64,000 nucleotides of DNA, from positions 1 through 64,000 of the forward strand of contig NMRA01000747.1 in assembly GCA_002633005.1 (NCBI GenBank). Direction: 5' to 3'. The stretch's first letter is position 1. The number at the start of each line of letters is the position of its first letter. Positions 46,223-60,100 of this stretch are shown piece by piece. The position numbers and the translations under genes are program-made. The notes under the pieces were generated by a model. The model did no database searches. It had not been told where the DNA came from and saw only the letters and a list, made by a program, of their open reading frames with translations. This stretch comes from Phoronis australis (lineage: Eukaryota > Animalia > Phoronida).

Positions 46223-47210
46223 ATCCCAGAAACCTTACTATTCGGCCTGACATCTGGTGGCAAATAATTATATGCTGATAAAACAGTATCTTTTGGGTGA
46301 TCAACTGCGTGACCCGGCTTTTTCCATCACGCGTGTAGTGTCTCTTGTGATTTCCAACAAAACTGAAACGTTTCTTGTACCTCGATGTGCACAGAAATCC
46401 TTTGCTGACCTGCTGATAAGTACCCTATTACCCTGTAACACTACAGTCATTCGATTTTCTGATTGAGGTAAATAGCATGTGTAGTTCTTTCAAGAATTGT
46501 GTATATCTGTGATGTAAACAATACAAACTATTGTTTTTCTTCTCTCAAGTGTCATAATTGTAATCTGTGTATTAAAACTTGAGAGGGAGAAATCGAAAAC
46601 TGTGCCTCAGGCTTCTGTCGTGGGTCCACTTTCTTGACTTTGGCACTAACCATGGTGATTTGCTTATTCTGTCTGGTAGTACTGCACTGGATGAATTGGG
46701 GAAACCGAGGGCGTAGTGCCGTAGTCAGTCCTGTTAGGGATGTTGGTTAAACTTGGAATTATGCTAATGTCAAGATTGCTTATGCGTGGGATTAGAAATA
46801 TATATATTTATTTAAGTAATGAGGTGAAACTTGTTGTGCATGTTATCTAGATTTTTGGCAACTTATGCTTAACAGCTGGCAAAACAATTAAAGTACATAC
46901 TAGATCTATCCGTTGAGTACAAATGGATACCTTTGGAGTTTGGAGGAATCTTTCTAGTTCTTTTCAAATTGATCAAATACTACCACAATCAACATTTTTA
47001 ACAGTCCTTCGTTTACTTATCCAAATCGTCAGCTGAGCCATTTCTTTTATGGTTGTGTACCTGCGCGCGGCATGTTTATGACATGTAAGTTTTTAAATCG
47101 CATCAAGGCCAACCTCCATGACCTCAGGCATAAGCCAATCCCTAACGCACTACACTGTTGGTCCACCAGAGTTCGCTAGCGCTTCCAACTTGGCCTCGAT
47201 CTCTTGTACT

Positions 47211-47330
47211 CAGGGCTCGACATAACGAGCTGCGGGTCGCATTTCCGACCTGAAATTCGGAAATGCGAGCTGAGATTTGTGACAGCTCGTATCAAGTCGC
47301 AAAATGCGACCTGGAATTTCCGAAGTCTGT
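47211..47330 (+). mobile_element. 5' end of a hAT-like MITE; related copy starts at about 59729
   Basis: cagggctcgacataacgagctgcgggtcgc versus cagtgctcgatatggcgacctgcaggtcgtc; right ends not identified. Confidence 0.35.
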
Positions 47331-48186
47331 GAGCTGAGTTTTTACACTTCTTGGCAGATAACTGTAGCAACTCGTTTGAATCCGGCCGTGATTTGGTTGT
47401 TGCCAAATCAAGTTCAAAAGAACACTCACCGAGAGCAGACCTCCCGATGACTTGTAAGCATATTGTGCGAACATGAGATTGTGCAGAATGGATCTTTGAC
47501 GCGTTTCATTGGCTATTAATATTATTTAGCAAAGGTTACTGAGTTTGTTTAAGTTTTGTATTGAGCTCATTTGCTTTAGAACATTGTACATAACCAGGAG
47601 GAAGACCTAATCTCACATTAAACTCGTCTGATATAGTTTCATAAGTGGGCAACGCTGCCTCTTGGATGCCCTAAAAGTTTAATAAACAAATTGTCTGTAA
47701 AGTTTCACCTCGATTCTTTGATGCGATGACTCAAATTCCAAATCCATATTTGTTGCTATGACATCTTATTCTGGTGAACTGATTTGCAGTGCCTTAAGGA
47801 GAAGAGTGGGATATTGGGCCCGAGAGACACAAATTGATTGTTGCTGAGCAATGAGCATGCAGATTGACCTTAATTTTCCAATTTGTGGAAAAAAAAAACC
47901 AATAATCAGGGATCTCCGTCTCACCGACAGTGCACTGTTTTCTTTATTTTAGGTATCTTGTTTATTTCATTTTTTGGCTCTTGTTGGGGCCAGGACTTTC
48001 ACAACCCCCGTACAATGTTTCTTTGTTTTGGGCAACCTCATCTCCTGCTTGGTGACCTGGAAAGTTTGCCTGGTCCTGTTTGGCAAGATAATGTTATGTT
48101 ATTGTGTTTAGTCCTGAAATTACTGACTTATATACTGGTTGTGTTATTTCTGTTTCAGCAACCTCCGTGACTTGGAGGAGATAACC

Positions 48187-51100
48187 ATGGCTCATAGGGG
48201 TAAAAATGGACAACTACAAAGAACAGAGAGTGAAGTACGACAGACTGCCCATGACTGGGAGGCAGAGCATCAATCAACAGATTTCTATGATGACGGCACC
48301 ATGTCGTTCTTTTGGTAAGGTGTGGTGGCGTTTGTGAGACTTTTTTGTTGTTGTTACGTCTCAACAACATTGTCGGCAGGATACTTCATCTCTTGCCTAG
48401 ATGGGTGATAATTTTATTGTTTCCTGAACTTATAAGTTTTGTGTAGTGAGAAAAGCTGGCATTTTGTATCTTCAATTGTTTTGACGTCAGCATAGGAAAT
48501 GCTATTTTCTGTAGCCCAGCAATTCATTTTAGCCAAGTAAAATTCTGATTTTTTCTGTTGTGTAAATTATAAATTTCTGCTTTACTATAATTTCAAAGTA
48601 ATAAATGACATGAAAATGTCATGGGAATGGCTTTCTCTTTCCGCGGCATGTATCCCACAGCTCTGCAGTAAGTGGCCATGTTCTGTTTCCCAAACCTAGA
48701 AAATGAACAGCGCCACCTTCAGTAAAAGTGGAGAACTACTTGAATGTGTCCACTGTAAAATGATTGGCAATTGATTTGTCACCTGAATTGATCTTGGGTA
48801 ACGAATGTGATGTACTATATAATTATTCTTTATTTTTGCTATATAAAACCAAAAATATTAGAATTATTGCATCTACTTCTGAAAATTCCACTACAAGTCT
48901 CTAATCTGGTGGAGGAAGTTCGATTCTGGGAATTTTTCATTACTGGGGAAAGTCGGGGTATCTAAAACCAATACTTTATGTCTTTCATTCTCAAGTGATA
49001 TGCTTGTAGTTGATGTGTTAACATATTTGATGTCTTCGGGTGTACATTTTCATTCTGTTTTGATAGATGAACGTAAACTTATATAGATGAAAATCTTCTC
49101 CCCTGGAGTTCAAATTTCAATTACAAAATACGACCAATGTCTCAACAGGATTGCAGGTGTGACCTGCAAGTCAACCCTAGCATCGAGAGAAAACAAAGAC
49201 AGTAATTTTGCACAACTTCAAAATTTGTTTGTTTTTAGTTTTATCATTTATCAAGAAAAACAACCTAGCGTCGTTCATTTATCCAAAACTCGTTTTTTAG
49301 CACTTAACTTATGGGTATCATAAAGGACCTTTGATACATTAGCGCAATGGAGTGGACGCTTGTGTACTGTGGACTGTCTTTTTGGCTGCTGTCCCATTTA
49401 TTTTTGTGCCGCAGTTCCAAAAATGCACTCAACGTTGTGCACTGCTTCGGCAAACAGTTACTGTGATTTTGAGGGCTTTTGTCCAATTATGAACAGGATT
49501 CCACCAAAATGTTAGTTTCATCTCGTAATTCATTGAATGACTTACATCTTGTACATAGTGCTTGACAGAACCACCATCTTTGGATCCGTATCCATAATTT
49601 TCGGTGTTGTTTTAAGGTTGCTGCGTGTAAGACCCGAGAAAATGTCCAATTTTTGCTGTCTTTGGAACATTATATCTTAAACATCTGATCAGATTCATAT
49701 GAAACTTTCAGGTGATACGCTTTATACGCTGTTTTAATAAAATGCTGTTGGAATTATTTTTAAAATGCCCCCCTTTTGCATGAGTGGCTATCAAACAATA
49801 AGACTTCGTGATTTTCATGAAAAAAGTTAAAGTTGCGTTAAACCAAAAAATGATATGGTTTTGAGAGCTCAACAATTGTATTAAGTAAAATTTAATCATG
49901 TCATTGATGCCGTTGTTTTACCATCAAATGAATTATTACATTTTACTAAACAGCCATGGTCACGTGATCTAACTAATAACAGATTGGTGTATAAAGTCAA
50001 AAATCAAGTCAACAGGCTTCCTAGTTTCAGAAAACACATTTTTACTGAGTTAAAATGTATAGTTTTGTAGACCTTGTGCAAACTTGTCGCTAAAGTCTTA
50101 CATAACTTTCATGTGTTGCTGTAACCTCTTTGCCAGGACTTATGACAGACGACTCAAAACCTACGAGAAAGCATAGCAATTAGTTTGGAATAAAGGTTTT
50201 GCCACCAGTAACAATCATGTTTTTATTGCTTTGAATAAAGGCCAAGTGGTCAGCGCACATACGATAAGTGCAAGGTCACATTACAGTACATTTACACAGT
50301 AATGGTCACTTGCATGGGTACCACATTTTGAGAACAAATTTTGTCTACTTTGTAACAGGCACCAACTCTCAAAATCCAGGACCCTGTAAATGGCTACTGG
50401 TTGTTTTCACTATAAATGGACATCAGCTATTGCACGACTTTGACAGATTATTATGCAAATTCATGGCGATTGTTTGCCTAGTCTCAAAATCTTCAGACCC
50501 TTATCATAAACAAAAACTGAAAACACGAAATACCATTTTTAACATCAGAATCGCAGAGATCAGATTGATGAGTAACAGCAGTGTTCAATGTAACTTAAGG
50601 TGTTAGAATGAGTGCATACACACCATACACAGATATTGTGACTGCACAGCAAGATAATTGTACAAGAAATACAATTGTGCAGTACACTTCAAATGTTTGC
50701 ATCATGTAAGTTTTACGGGAATAGATAGAATGTGTTAAGACCTCGCTTTTATTCTGCAACACTTTATTGAATCGAAATCACTTGTGCCCTGACATACAGA
50801 AAGCAACTACCACTGTTTCTGCAACATATGTTAATGGTCATCCTGTCGCTTGCAAGCAATGTGTGTCATAGTCGTAGACCAATTAGGTCACCTGACCAAG
50901 TTTGGGCGGGTGACCTACTTGGTCTACGACATAAGAGCAGTACTGACATCACATGGATATTCAGGCTGGATGGGCCATAGAAGTTACTCGACAGAAAACA
51001 AATCAAGTTGACAGTGTTGTTAACCAAACATATGTGGAACCATTGACTGAACATGTATAGCCAAAACATAGTCTGAAATCGAACACAATGATGATGGTTT

Positions 51101-54100
51101 CAAGAAAACGCCCTAAATTGTCAAATGGATTTAGACGTTGCACTCTACCATGACAAAAGAATAAAAGTTTATAAAATTGTGACATCAGTGTATTTCTAAG
51201 CTGTAAGGTCACCTTGGTTAGCTTCAGTCTCATTTTGGGATGCATATAAACTGTACAGTAAGCTTGTTCAGAGTGTTTCTTTTAATACTTGTACAAAAAT
51301 GGAGAATTACGGTAGTTTACTTTGGTTAAATTCATTGTAGTGACCATTTTTAGTTTTCGAATGAAAAACTATAACTAATGAATAAACACGATTTATCCAC
51401 CATTACAAAAATATGTTAAGTTGATATTGTAGCGGTGGTGTTACGTGCAGCGTTGTGTTTTATGTGTGTGGTGGATGGCCGCCGGTGTCGACCTCAGTGA
51501 CATATAGATGCTCAGTCGTTTTGAAGTTTGAGTATTGAAAAAGCGGGAGTAAAAGGAGATTTGAATTGATTAAGAAATACATTCTTATTTATTGATGTCG
51601 CAAATTACAAACAATGGTTATGAGAAAGAATTTATCAAAAACTATTAAGCAACTCTAAAACTTTTAGAAGAAACTATAGGAGACTTACAAGACGTCACTC
51701 ATATTGCTAGGAGATCGAACTGGAGTGGGTTTCAAACCCCAGACAGCCCGCCAAAACTGCTTGTGCGCGGCTTTTTATAACTAAACGAATGCACGTGAGG
51801 GTGAGTCCATGACATGAGTGACGTAATGAAACACCCCTATTAGAAGAGTCGAATTAATAAAGTGGCGTGAATCTGTAACTCTATAATTCACAAAGGGAGG
51901 GCGCACCTGTCACACTAGTAGTGATAATGGGGTGGGTAGGCTGACACTAGAGACCAGGCGAGTTTTTCTCATGACTGCTGCCATTATCTAATTTTCAGTA
52001 TTACACAGTATGTCATAGACTTTCATATAATTGAGTGCTACGTAAGGTCCCCATGCGTATATGGCATACTGGCGCATGCAATGAAAACCTTTTGACAAAG
52101 AAAGTAGCACATGAAAGATGAAGGACTGCTAGATCCAGTGTGTTTATATTACCCTATCCTACCAAACTCAGCGATTGATCTCTCAGTCTCTGATGTTTGT
52201 GAAGAGGATAAAAGGGAAAAGTCACCAGTTGTAAGACAAAAGTTTCACAAANATGTCGTTCTTTTGGTAAGGTGTGGTGGCGTTTGTGAGACTTTTTTGT
52301 TGTTGTTACGTCTCAACAACATTGTCGGCAGGATAGGTCATCTCTTGCCTAGATGGGTGATAATTTTATTGTTTCTTGAACTGAAGTTTTGTGTAGTGAG
52401 AAAAGCTGGCATTTTGTATCTTCAATTGTTTTGATGTCAGCATAGGAAATACTATTGTCTGTAGCCCAGCAATGCAGAGAAATTCGTTTTAGCCAAGTAA
52501 AACTCTGATTTTTTCTGTTGTGTAAATTATAAATTTCTGCTTTACTATAATTTCAAAATAATAAATAACGTGAAAATGTTCTGGGAATGGCTTTCTCTTT
52601 CCGCTGCGTTTATCCCACAGCTCTGCAGTAAGTGGCCATGTTCTGTGTACCAAACCTAGAAAGTGAACAGCGCCACCTTCAGTAAAAGTGGAGAACTACT
52701 TGAATGTGTCCACTGTAAAATGATTGGCAATTGATTTGTCACCTGAATTGATCTTTTGTAACGAATGTGATGTACTATATAATTATTCTTAATTTTTGCT
52801 ATATAAAACCAAAAATATTAGAATTATTGCATCTACTTCTGAAAATTCCACTCCAAGTCTCTAATCTGGTGGAGGAAGTTCGATTCTGGGAATTTTTCAT
52901 TACTGGGGAAAGTCGGGGTATCTAAAACCAATACTTTATGTCTTTCATTCTCAAGTGATATGCTTGTAGTTGATGTGTTATCATATTTGATGTCTTCGGG
53001 TGTACATTTTCATTCTCTTTTGATAGATGAACGTAAACTTATATAGATGAAAATCTTCTCCCCTGGAGTTCAAATTTCAATTACAAAATACGACCAAGGT
53101 CTCAACAGGATTGCAGGTGTGACCTGCAAGTCAATCTCGATCCTAGCATCGAGAGAAAACAAAGACAGTAATTTTGCACAACTTCAAAATTTGGTTGTTT
53201 TTAGTTTTATCATTTATCAAGAAAAACAACCTAGCGTCGTTCATTTATCCAAAACTCGTTTTTTAGCAATTAACTTATGGGTATCATAAAGGACCTTTGA
53301 TAAATTAGCGCAATGGAGTGGACGCTTGTGTACTGTGGACTGTCTTTTTGGCTGCTGTCACATTTATTTTTGTGCCACAGTTCCAAAAATGCACTCAACG
53401 TTGTGCACTGCTTCGGCAAACAGTTACTGTGATTTTGAGGGCTTTTGTCCAATTATGAACAGGATTCCACCAAAATGTTAGTTTCATCTCGTTATTCATT
53501 GAATGACTTGCATCTTGTACGTAGTGCGTGACAGAACCACCATCTTTGGATCCGTATCCATAATTTTCACAGTGTTGTTTTAAGGTTGCTGCGTGTAAGA
53601 CCCGAGAAAATGTCCAATTTTTGCTGTCTTTGGAACATCATATCTTAAACATCTGATCAGATTCATATGAAACTTTCAGGTGATACGCTTTATACGCTGT
53701 TTTAATAAAATGCTGTTGGAATTATTTTTAAAATGCCCCTCTTTTGCATGAGTGGCTATCAAACAATAAGACTTCGTGATTTTCGTGAAAAAAGTTGCAT
53801 TAAACCAAAAAATGATATGGTTTTGAGAGCTCAACAATTGCATTAAGTAAAATTTAATCATGTCATTGATGCCGTTGTTTTACCATCAAATGAATTATTA
53901 CATTTTACTAAACAGCCATGGTCACGTGACCTAACTAATAACAGATTGGTGTATAAAGTCAAAAATCAAGTCAACAGGCTTCCTAGTTTCAGAAAACACA
54001 TTTTTACTGAGTTAAAATGTATGGTTTTGTAGACCTTGTGCAAACCTGTCGCTATACATAACTTTCATGTGTTGCTGTAACCCCTTTGACAGACGACTCA

Positions 54101-57100
54101 AAACCTTCGAGAAAGCATAGCAATTAGTTTGGAATAAAGGTTTTGCCACCAGTAACAATCATGCTTTTATTGCTTTGAATAAAGGCCAAGTGGTCAGCGC
54201 ACATAAGATAAGTGCAAGGTCACAAGACAGTACATTTACACAGTAATGGTCACTTACATGCCGGTGGGTACCACATTTTGAGAACAAATTTTCTCTACTT
54301 TGTAACAGGCACCAACTCTCAAAATCCAGGACCCTGTAAATGGCTACTGCTTGTTTTCACTATAAATGGACATCAGCTATTGCACGACTTTGACAGATTA
54401 TTATGCAAATTCATGACGATTGTTTGCCTTGTCTCAAAATCTTCAGACCCTTATCATAAACAAAATCTAAGTACAATAAGCACTGGGCTAATTGCTGACA
54501 GAGAGATCAGACCCATACTCCAAAACCACACATGAACGGATGGAACTACTTTTGACCAGCTGCATCAGTTTGAGGGATATAAACCAAAAGGACAGTTTTT
54601 AACCAAGCTTACTATGGTGAATGCGAATACCGGGGATTATATAGATGAACCAGTGAGACAACTGAAAACACAAAATACCATTATTAACATATACTCAGAA
54701 TCGCAGAGATCAGATTGATGAGTAACAGCAGTGTTCAATGTAACTTTAAGTGTTAGAATGAGTGCATACACACCGTACACACATATCAGAGTGACTGCAC
54801 AGCAAGATAATTGTACAAGAAACACAATTGTTGACACTTTCTAAGTTATAAACATAACAGCAATCCGAAAGCTGTACTGCTGTAGTTAGATACCAGGCGA
54901 GTTTTTCTCATGACTGCTGCCATTATCTAATTTTCGATATTATGCAGTATGTCATAGACTTTCATATAACTGAGTGCTACGTAAGGTCCCCATGCGTATA
55001 TGGCATACTGGCGCATGCAATGAAAACCTTTTGACAAAGAAAGTAGCACATGAAAGATGAAGGACTGCTAGATCCAGTGTGTTTATATTACCCTATCCTA
55101 CCAAACTCAGCGATTGATCTCTCAGTCTCTGATGTTTGTGAAGAGGATAAAAGGGAAAAGTCACCAGTTGTAAGACAAAAGTTTCACAAACGAAAATAGT
55201 AGATAAGGGATGAAGGATGGTTAGATCTGGTGTGTTTATATTGTCCTTCCATACAAAACTCTGATTGATTTCACAATCACTGATGTTTGTGAACTGGATA
55301 AAAGGGAAAAGGGACCAGTTGTAAGACAAAAGTTTCACAAAGGAAAATTATAGTGGGTAAGGAATGAAGGACCGTTATATCTAGTGTGTTTATATTGCCC
55401 TTTTGTACAAAACTTAGTGATTGATCTCACGATCACTGATGTACTTTGTGAACTGGATAAAAGGGAAGAGTGACCAGATTTCTGACCAAAGTTTCACAAA
55501 AGGAGATGAATGCAATTGAAATGATGTAAACTTGTTCGTTTATTGGCATCTACACTCTTTGTTGTGTCGAAGAACAATTAAAGGGTAGCGTGCTGTTCAA
55601 TATTCTGCAGAAACAATGGATTACTTTTGGCTTGTCAATACCAATTTTTGTTTCCCACCAAGTTTCCTTCACCAAAACGCAGTTTAAGAATTTATGTTCA
55701 TGGGTTGCCATTTTCTGACTCAATTTTATTGTGTAAACGAAGTTCACTTTAAACTTGCTGTTTCTAAAATTTTTAAGGCATTGAATTGATAATGTCTTAC
55801 TATATGAAATGTGAATTGAGCTATCAAGACTTATATCTGTGTGCGGTTTCTATGACAGAAGTTTTCCTTGAAAGGAATAGCAGACACAGACTGGTTAAAA
55901 ATCCTCTAGTTTGGAATGGTAAAACATTAAATATTTTGCTCAAAGTATGAGCTTGTACCAAATTTTAGAATAGACTGTGTTGGCCATTCCTATTTTGTAT
56001 TTGCATTTATTTTTAACCATTGTACGTCCCACTTTGTTTATACAAAATATAGTGTCCAATATTTGATCATTATTATCAATGCCAAAATTACCCATGCCCT
56101 AGGCTTCAGAATCAAAAAATGGAATTTTGGCTTGAATTTCAGTGTCTCGAATTTTATAGACTGTCCCAAACTGGAGAATTTTTACATGATGTTTGCTCAA
56201 TGAAAGTGTATGTACAAACACTATGTGAGCCTTTTACTGAGAAGTTCATGTCACTATCCTTTGTTTCATGCGTAGTGATTACTTGCTAAGGAAACTGAAT
56301 AATTACGGTGAATTCTCACCAACTTAGGACATAATATGGCAGACAAGAGATCTTTTAATTAACTTCCTCGCTTTTTCCATTGTAGCTGCACCGAATAAGT
56401 GCTTATCCATGTTCAAGTTCCCTAGCTACCACCAAAGAATGTTTTGTTGTTGGAAACCCTTGAGAAATGAAAAGAAGACTAATTAGTAATTTTATTGTAA
56501 TTAAATTGCCAAGCAACCATTTTTAATGTTGCTTATCTTGGAGACATACTTTTCAGCTGCTTTATGGTTAAATCTCACGAATTCTCAATTAGTAATTTTT
56601 TGTTGGGAATTCATGAGATTTAACCTTAAAGCAGAAAAGTATGTCTCCAATTAAAAATGGTTGCTTGGCAATTTAATTACAATAAAATTGTAATGTGGTA
56701 ATGAGAAAATATTGTATTCTTGTACCATGGATATCGTCAACTGTTGGATAAACGTTGTGCCTTTCATTTCAGGCGTGCTCACAATATCATAGTCTTAGTG
56801 CTATTCAGTTGCGTCCTTCTGTACGTGGCCATATTTGAAGTGCCCAGCGATGATCCTGAATTCAACACTAAAAGGTGGGTAATGAATAAAAATCTCAGTA
56901 AGGCCATAAAATTTGGCCAATAATTTTCTATGAAGGCGGCAACGATACCTGACCAGTTTTACTCTACCTAGTGGCAATTTTTTATTATTTTGTGTCTTCC
57001 AACAAAACTGACTTAGCTAAGACAAATCTTAATGTTTATTAAATTTTGAAATAAAAGTTAAATTTGTCTCAAAACCAATTCAAGAAAGAGATCTTAAGTC

Positions 57101-60100
57101 TGACTTTAGTGTTTAACGTAAATTTTGTCTTAATTTTGACTAACTTACCGATTATGGAAGTTTCAAAGTTTGGAAGTTAAGACAAATCTTAAACTTAAGT
57201 CAAAAATGAACTTAAGTCAGTTTCTTAGAACAGGCCCCAGATCTACAGTGGCGCCAACTTGTGGTGGCAATTTAAATTTTCATTGTGTTTGTTTCATTAT
57301 TTACAAATCTACAATTTTCTTGAATGTGTCTTTTGAAATTGGGCTTGTGTGATCATATTGAGGAGAACACGCTTGCCATTGATTTTCAGTCATTTCCAAC
57401 TGGTCTGGCGCCCGTAAAGCCATTTTTGTTTTGTTTTTGTACCTGACTCAATACCTGACGAATTGGTAGATGTTCACAAAGAGAGAGCAAGGCTGGTGTT
57501 GATTGTAGACAGATCTGACTACTGCCTCGGTGGTTCTTCCTTGAGATAAAGACAATCTATTTTCTTTGTGTCCCATAGATCTTGAGGCAGACGTAGAGGA
57601 TCATCAAATTATCATAAAGCATGAACGATGTTAAGTTTTGGACGGATATGACTCCTATGTGCCTTAGGGTGGCATCTGCCTTAATATCTACCAAGCGTTT
57701 ATGAAATTTGACCTAATCTTTTTTCAGTCAACTGATGTTATTTTTCGAATAGATCGTACTACCGTGGAAATATTTGAAAACTGAGTATCCCTGAGTATCT
57801 TTACTGTTTGTGGTACACATGCAGATGTTTATTTATGCCCAATAGAACATGTACGATTTAAGAATAAACATGTGGAATAGACCTCGAGCCAAAAAAATGT
57901 GATACAAGATAAGTTTGAAAAAGCTACAACACATTTTGTATGTTATTGAAGTTGTAGACTAAGTATAAAACCATTTACATTTGACGACATCAAATATTAC
58001 ACAATCTCATGTCTCCATAGGACTTCTTAACAGTGGTTTATATGATGTTCTTGTTTTGAATTGCCTTAAGTGTTTGTCTTCCATTATTGGTTTTCATCAA
58101 CTTACCTTTTTTAAATGTTGTCTTAATTAACTACAGTTACGCCTCCTTTGTTTTGCAGAGGTATAACGGCCTGTGTGTTAGCGTTGCTGACATTCAGCAT
58201 AACTCAAACTCCTGATGGACCATTCAAGAGACCCCACCCTGGTGAGTCAATGCGACATTTCATTTTTCATGTGTCACAATATCCACAGAACTATATATCA
58301 TGTTTTGAGAAATTAACAGATATTTGGTACCCTTCACTTTCTGGTATTGGATTACTTTGAATCACAAAGTCAAAGAACTAGCATTGTGTGCCATTATGAG
58401 GCATTGTTATATTTCTTTGATTGTTATTAGTTAATTGGGCATTTTGTAATGTGAAGACAATTTTGACTTGATGCCAATGTTAATACAAAAATAGATAAGC
58501 ACGTTGGCACTAATTGTTATTATACACACTCACGTCCAAGCATTTCATTTGAACTCAAAGCACGATTAGTGGAAACTAACATACGTCTCCAGTAAGGCAA
58601 AAAAAATGCAAACCACCAATCTTACGAAGCTGTGTTTTGTTCTAGTCTCCATTTTGGCTGTGATGATTTGAGTGATTTGTTGTTTTGCTTTGTTCACGTA
58701 ACTGTCATTTTTTATTTAGACTACTGACGATGTTTTGAGTTAAATCAAAACGTTTGAACATGTATATGTACAGTGAAAACCAAAAACAATTGGATAAAAT
58801 GATCCAGAATTTCCCGTCAGTACATCTGAGTACTGACAGAATTTCCCATCTCAGTGGCTCAGTGCTAGCAGAATTCCCCATGACAACGGCTCAGTGCTAG
58901 CAGAATTCCCCATGACAACGGCTCAGTGCTAGCAGAATTCCCCATGACAACGGCTCAGTGCTAGCAGAATTTCCCGTGACAACGGCTCAGTGCTAGCAGA
59001 ATACCCCATAACAACGGCTCAGTGCTAGCAGAATTCCATCATCAGAGTGGCTAGAATGACCTGTCGTGGTAGGTCACTACTCATCATGGTGATTACTTTT
59101 GGTTTGCATTGTATATTGTAAATACGACATTTATTAATTCTAAAGTGCTTAATGTCTATTTTTTGTAACGCGTATTTAGCATTTTGCTGGTGATTTATTT
59201 CAGCCTTCTGGAGGATCACGCTTTGTTTGAGTATCATTTACGAGCTGTTCTTAATCTTCTTGTTATTCCAAGTAAGTTGGAGGAGAAATCTCTTCGTTAA
59301 TCGCACGGCAATTCTTCCTCTTTAGCACGCAAAGTGAATTTTTATTTTGTCAAAATTCACTTCAAATTTATAGTTCACAAATTGTCTTATCACTAGGTTG
59401 GTTTGTAATGTGTACGCGCTATAAAACAACATTCGGTTGTCTCCATTATTTGCACCTTTGAAAAATGATACTTTTGGAAACCATGTTTTGTGTGATAGTA
59501 GAAGAATTACCAACAGTAGAATTTATGATTTAGTAAACAAGTGAGTAAAAACAGTTGTGGTGGTGGAGAAGGGAATCAGATGTACACAACTTGTTTATGT
59601 GGTAGACATCAATAAATTCGCAGAATTTAAAAAAAAAACAAATTTTTGTGGTTTTTCCAAGGCTTCTTACATCGGTGTGAATTTTCACTATTTTTGAAAA
59701 CATTGTCTGATAGGAGGTATAGCAGTGCTCGATATGGCGACCTGCAGGTCGTCAGTGCGATCTCGGATTGTGTTTGGCGATCTGGGAGAAATACTAAGTT
59801 GCCAAGAAGTCGCCACTGCGAGTATTAAAGTCAGACAATAATCCTTCCGAAATTCATTTCGAAGTTTGTGTCGACTTGCAAACTTCAAATGACTGTTTTC
59901 CTAGAGTTAATACCTTTGGTCACAATTATTCCATTAATTTTGGGAAATCAGTGCATTTGCCAGAACAGCAGTTGGACACATGCTTAAGTTAGAAGAGGAA
60001 GTAAACAGACGGATGTCGTATTTGTTGGTCAACAGTCACCCAACGCGACTTGGCGTTAAGCTAAGCATTGAGTGCTGTATAGTATAGAACATAAAAACAA

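Noticed and set aside
58724-58756. Hammerhead-like CTGACGA...CAAAACGTT
   Set aside because: The GAAA core is absent, stem II is poor and there is no clear helix I.
58805-59037. CRISPR-like 32-bp periodicity
   Set aside because: Contiguous repeats without spacers in a eukaryotic intron; this is a minisatellite.
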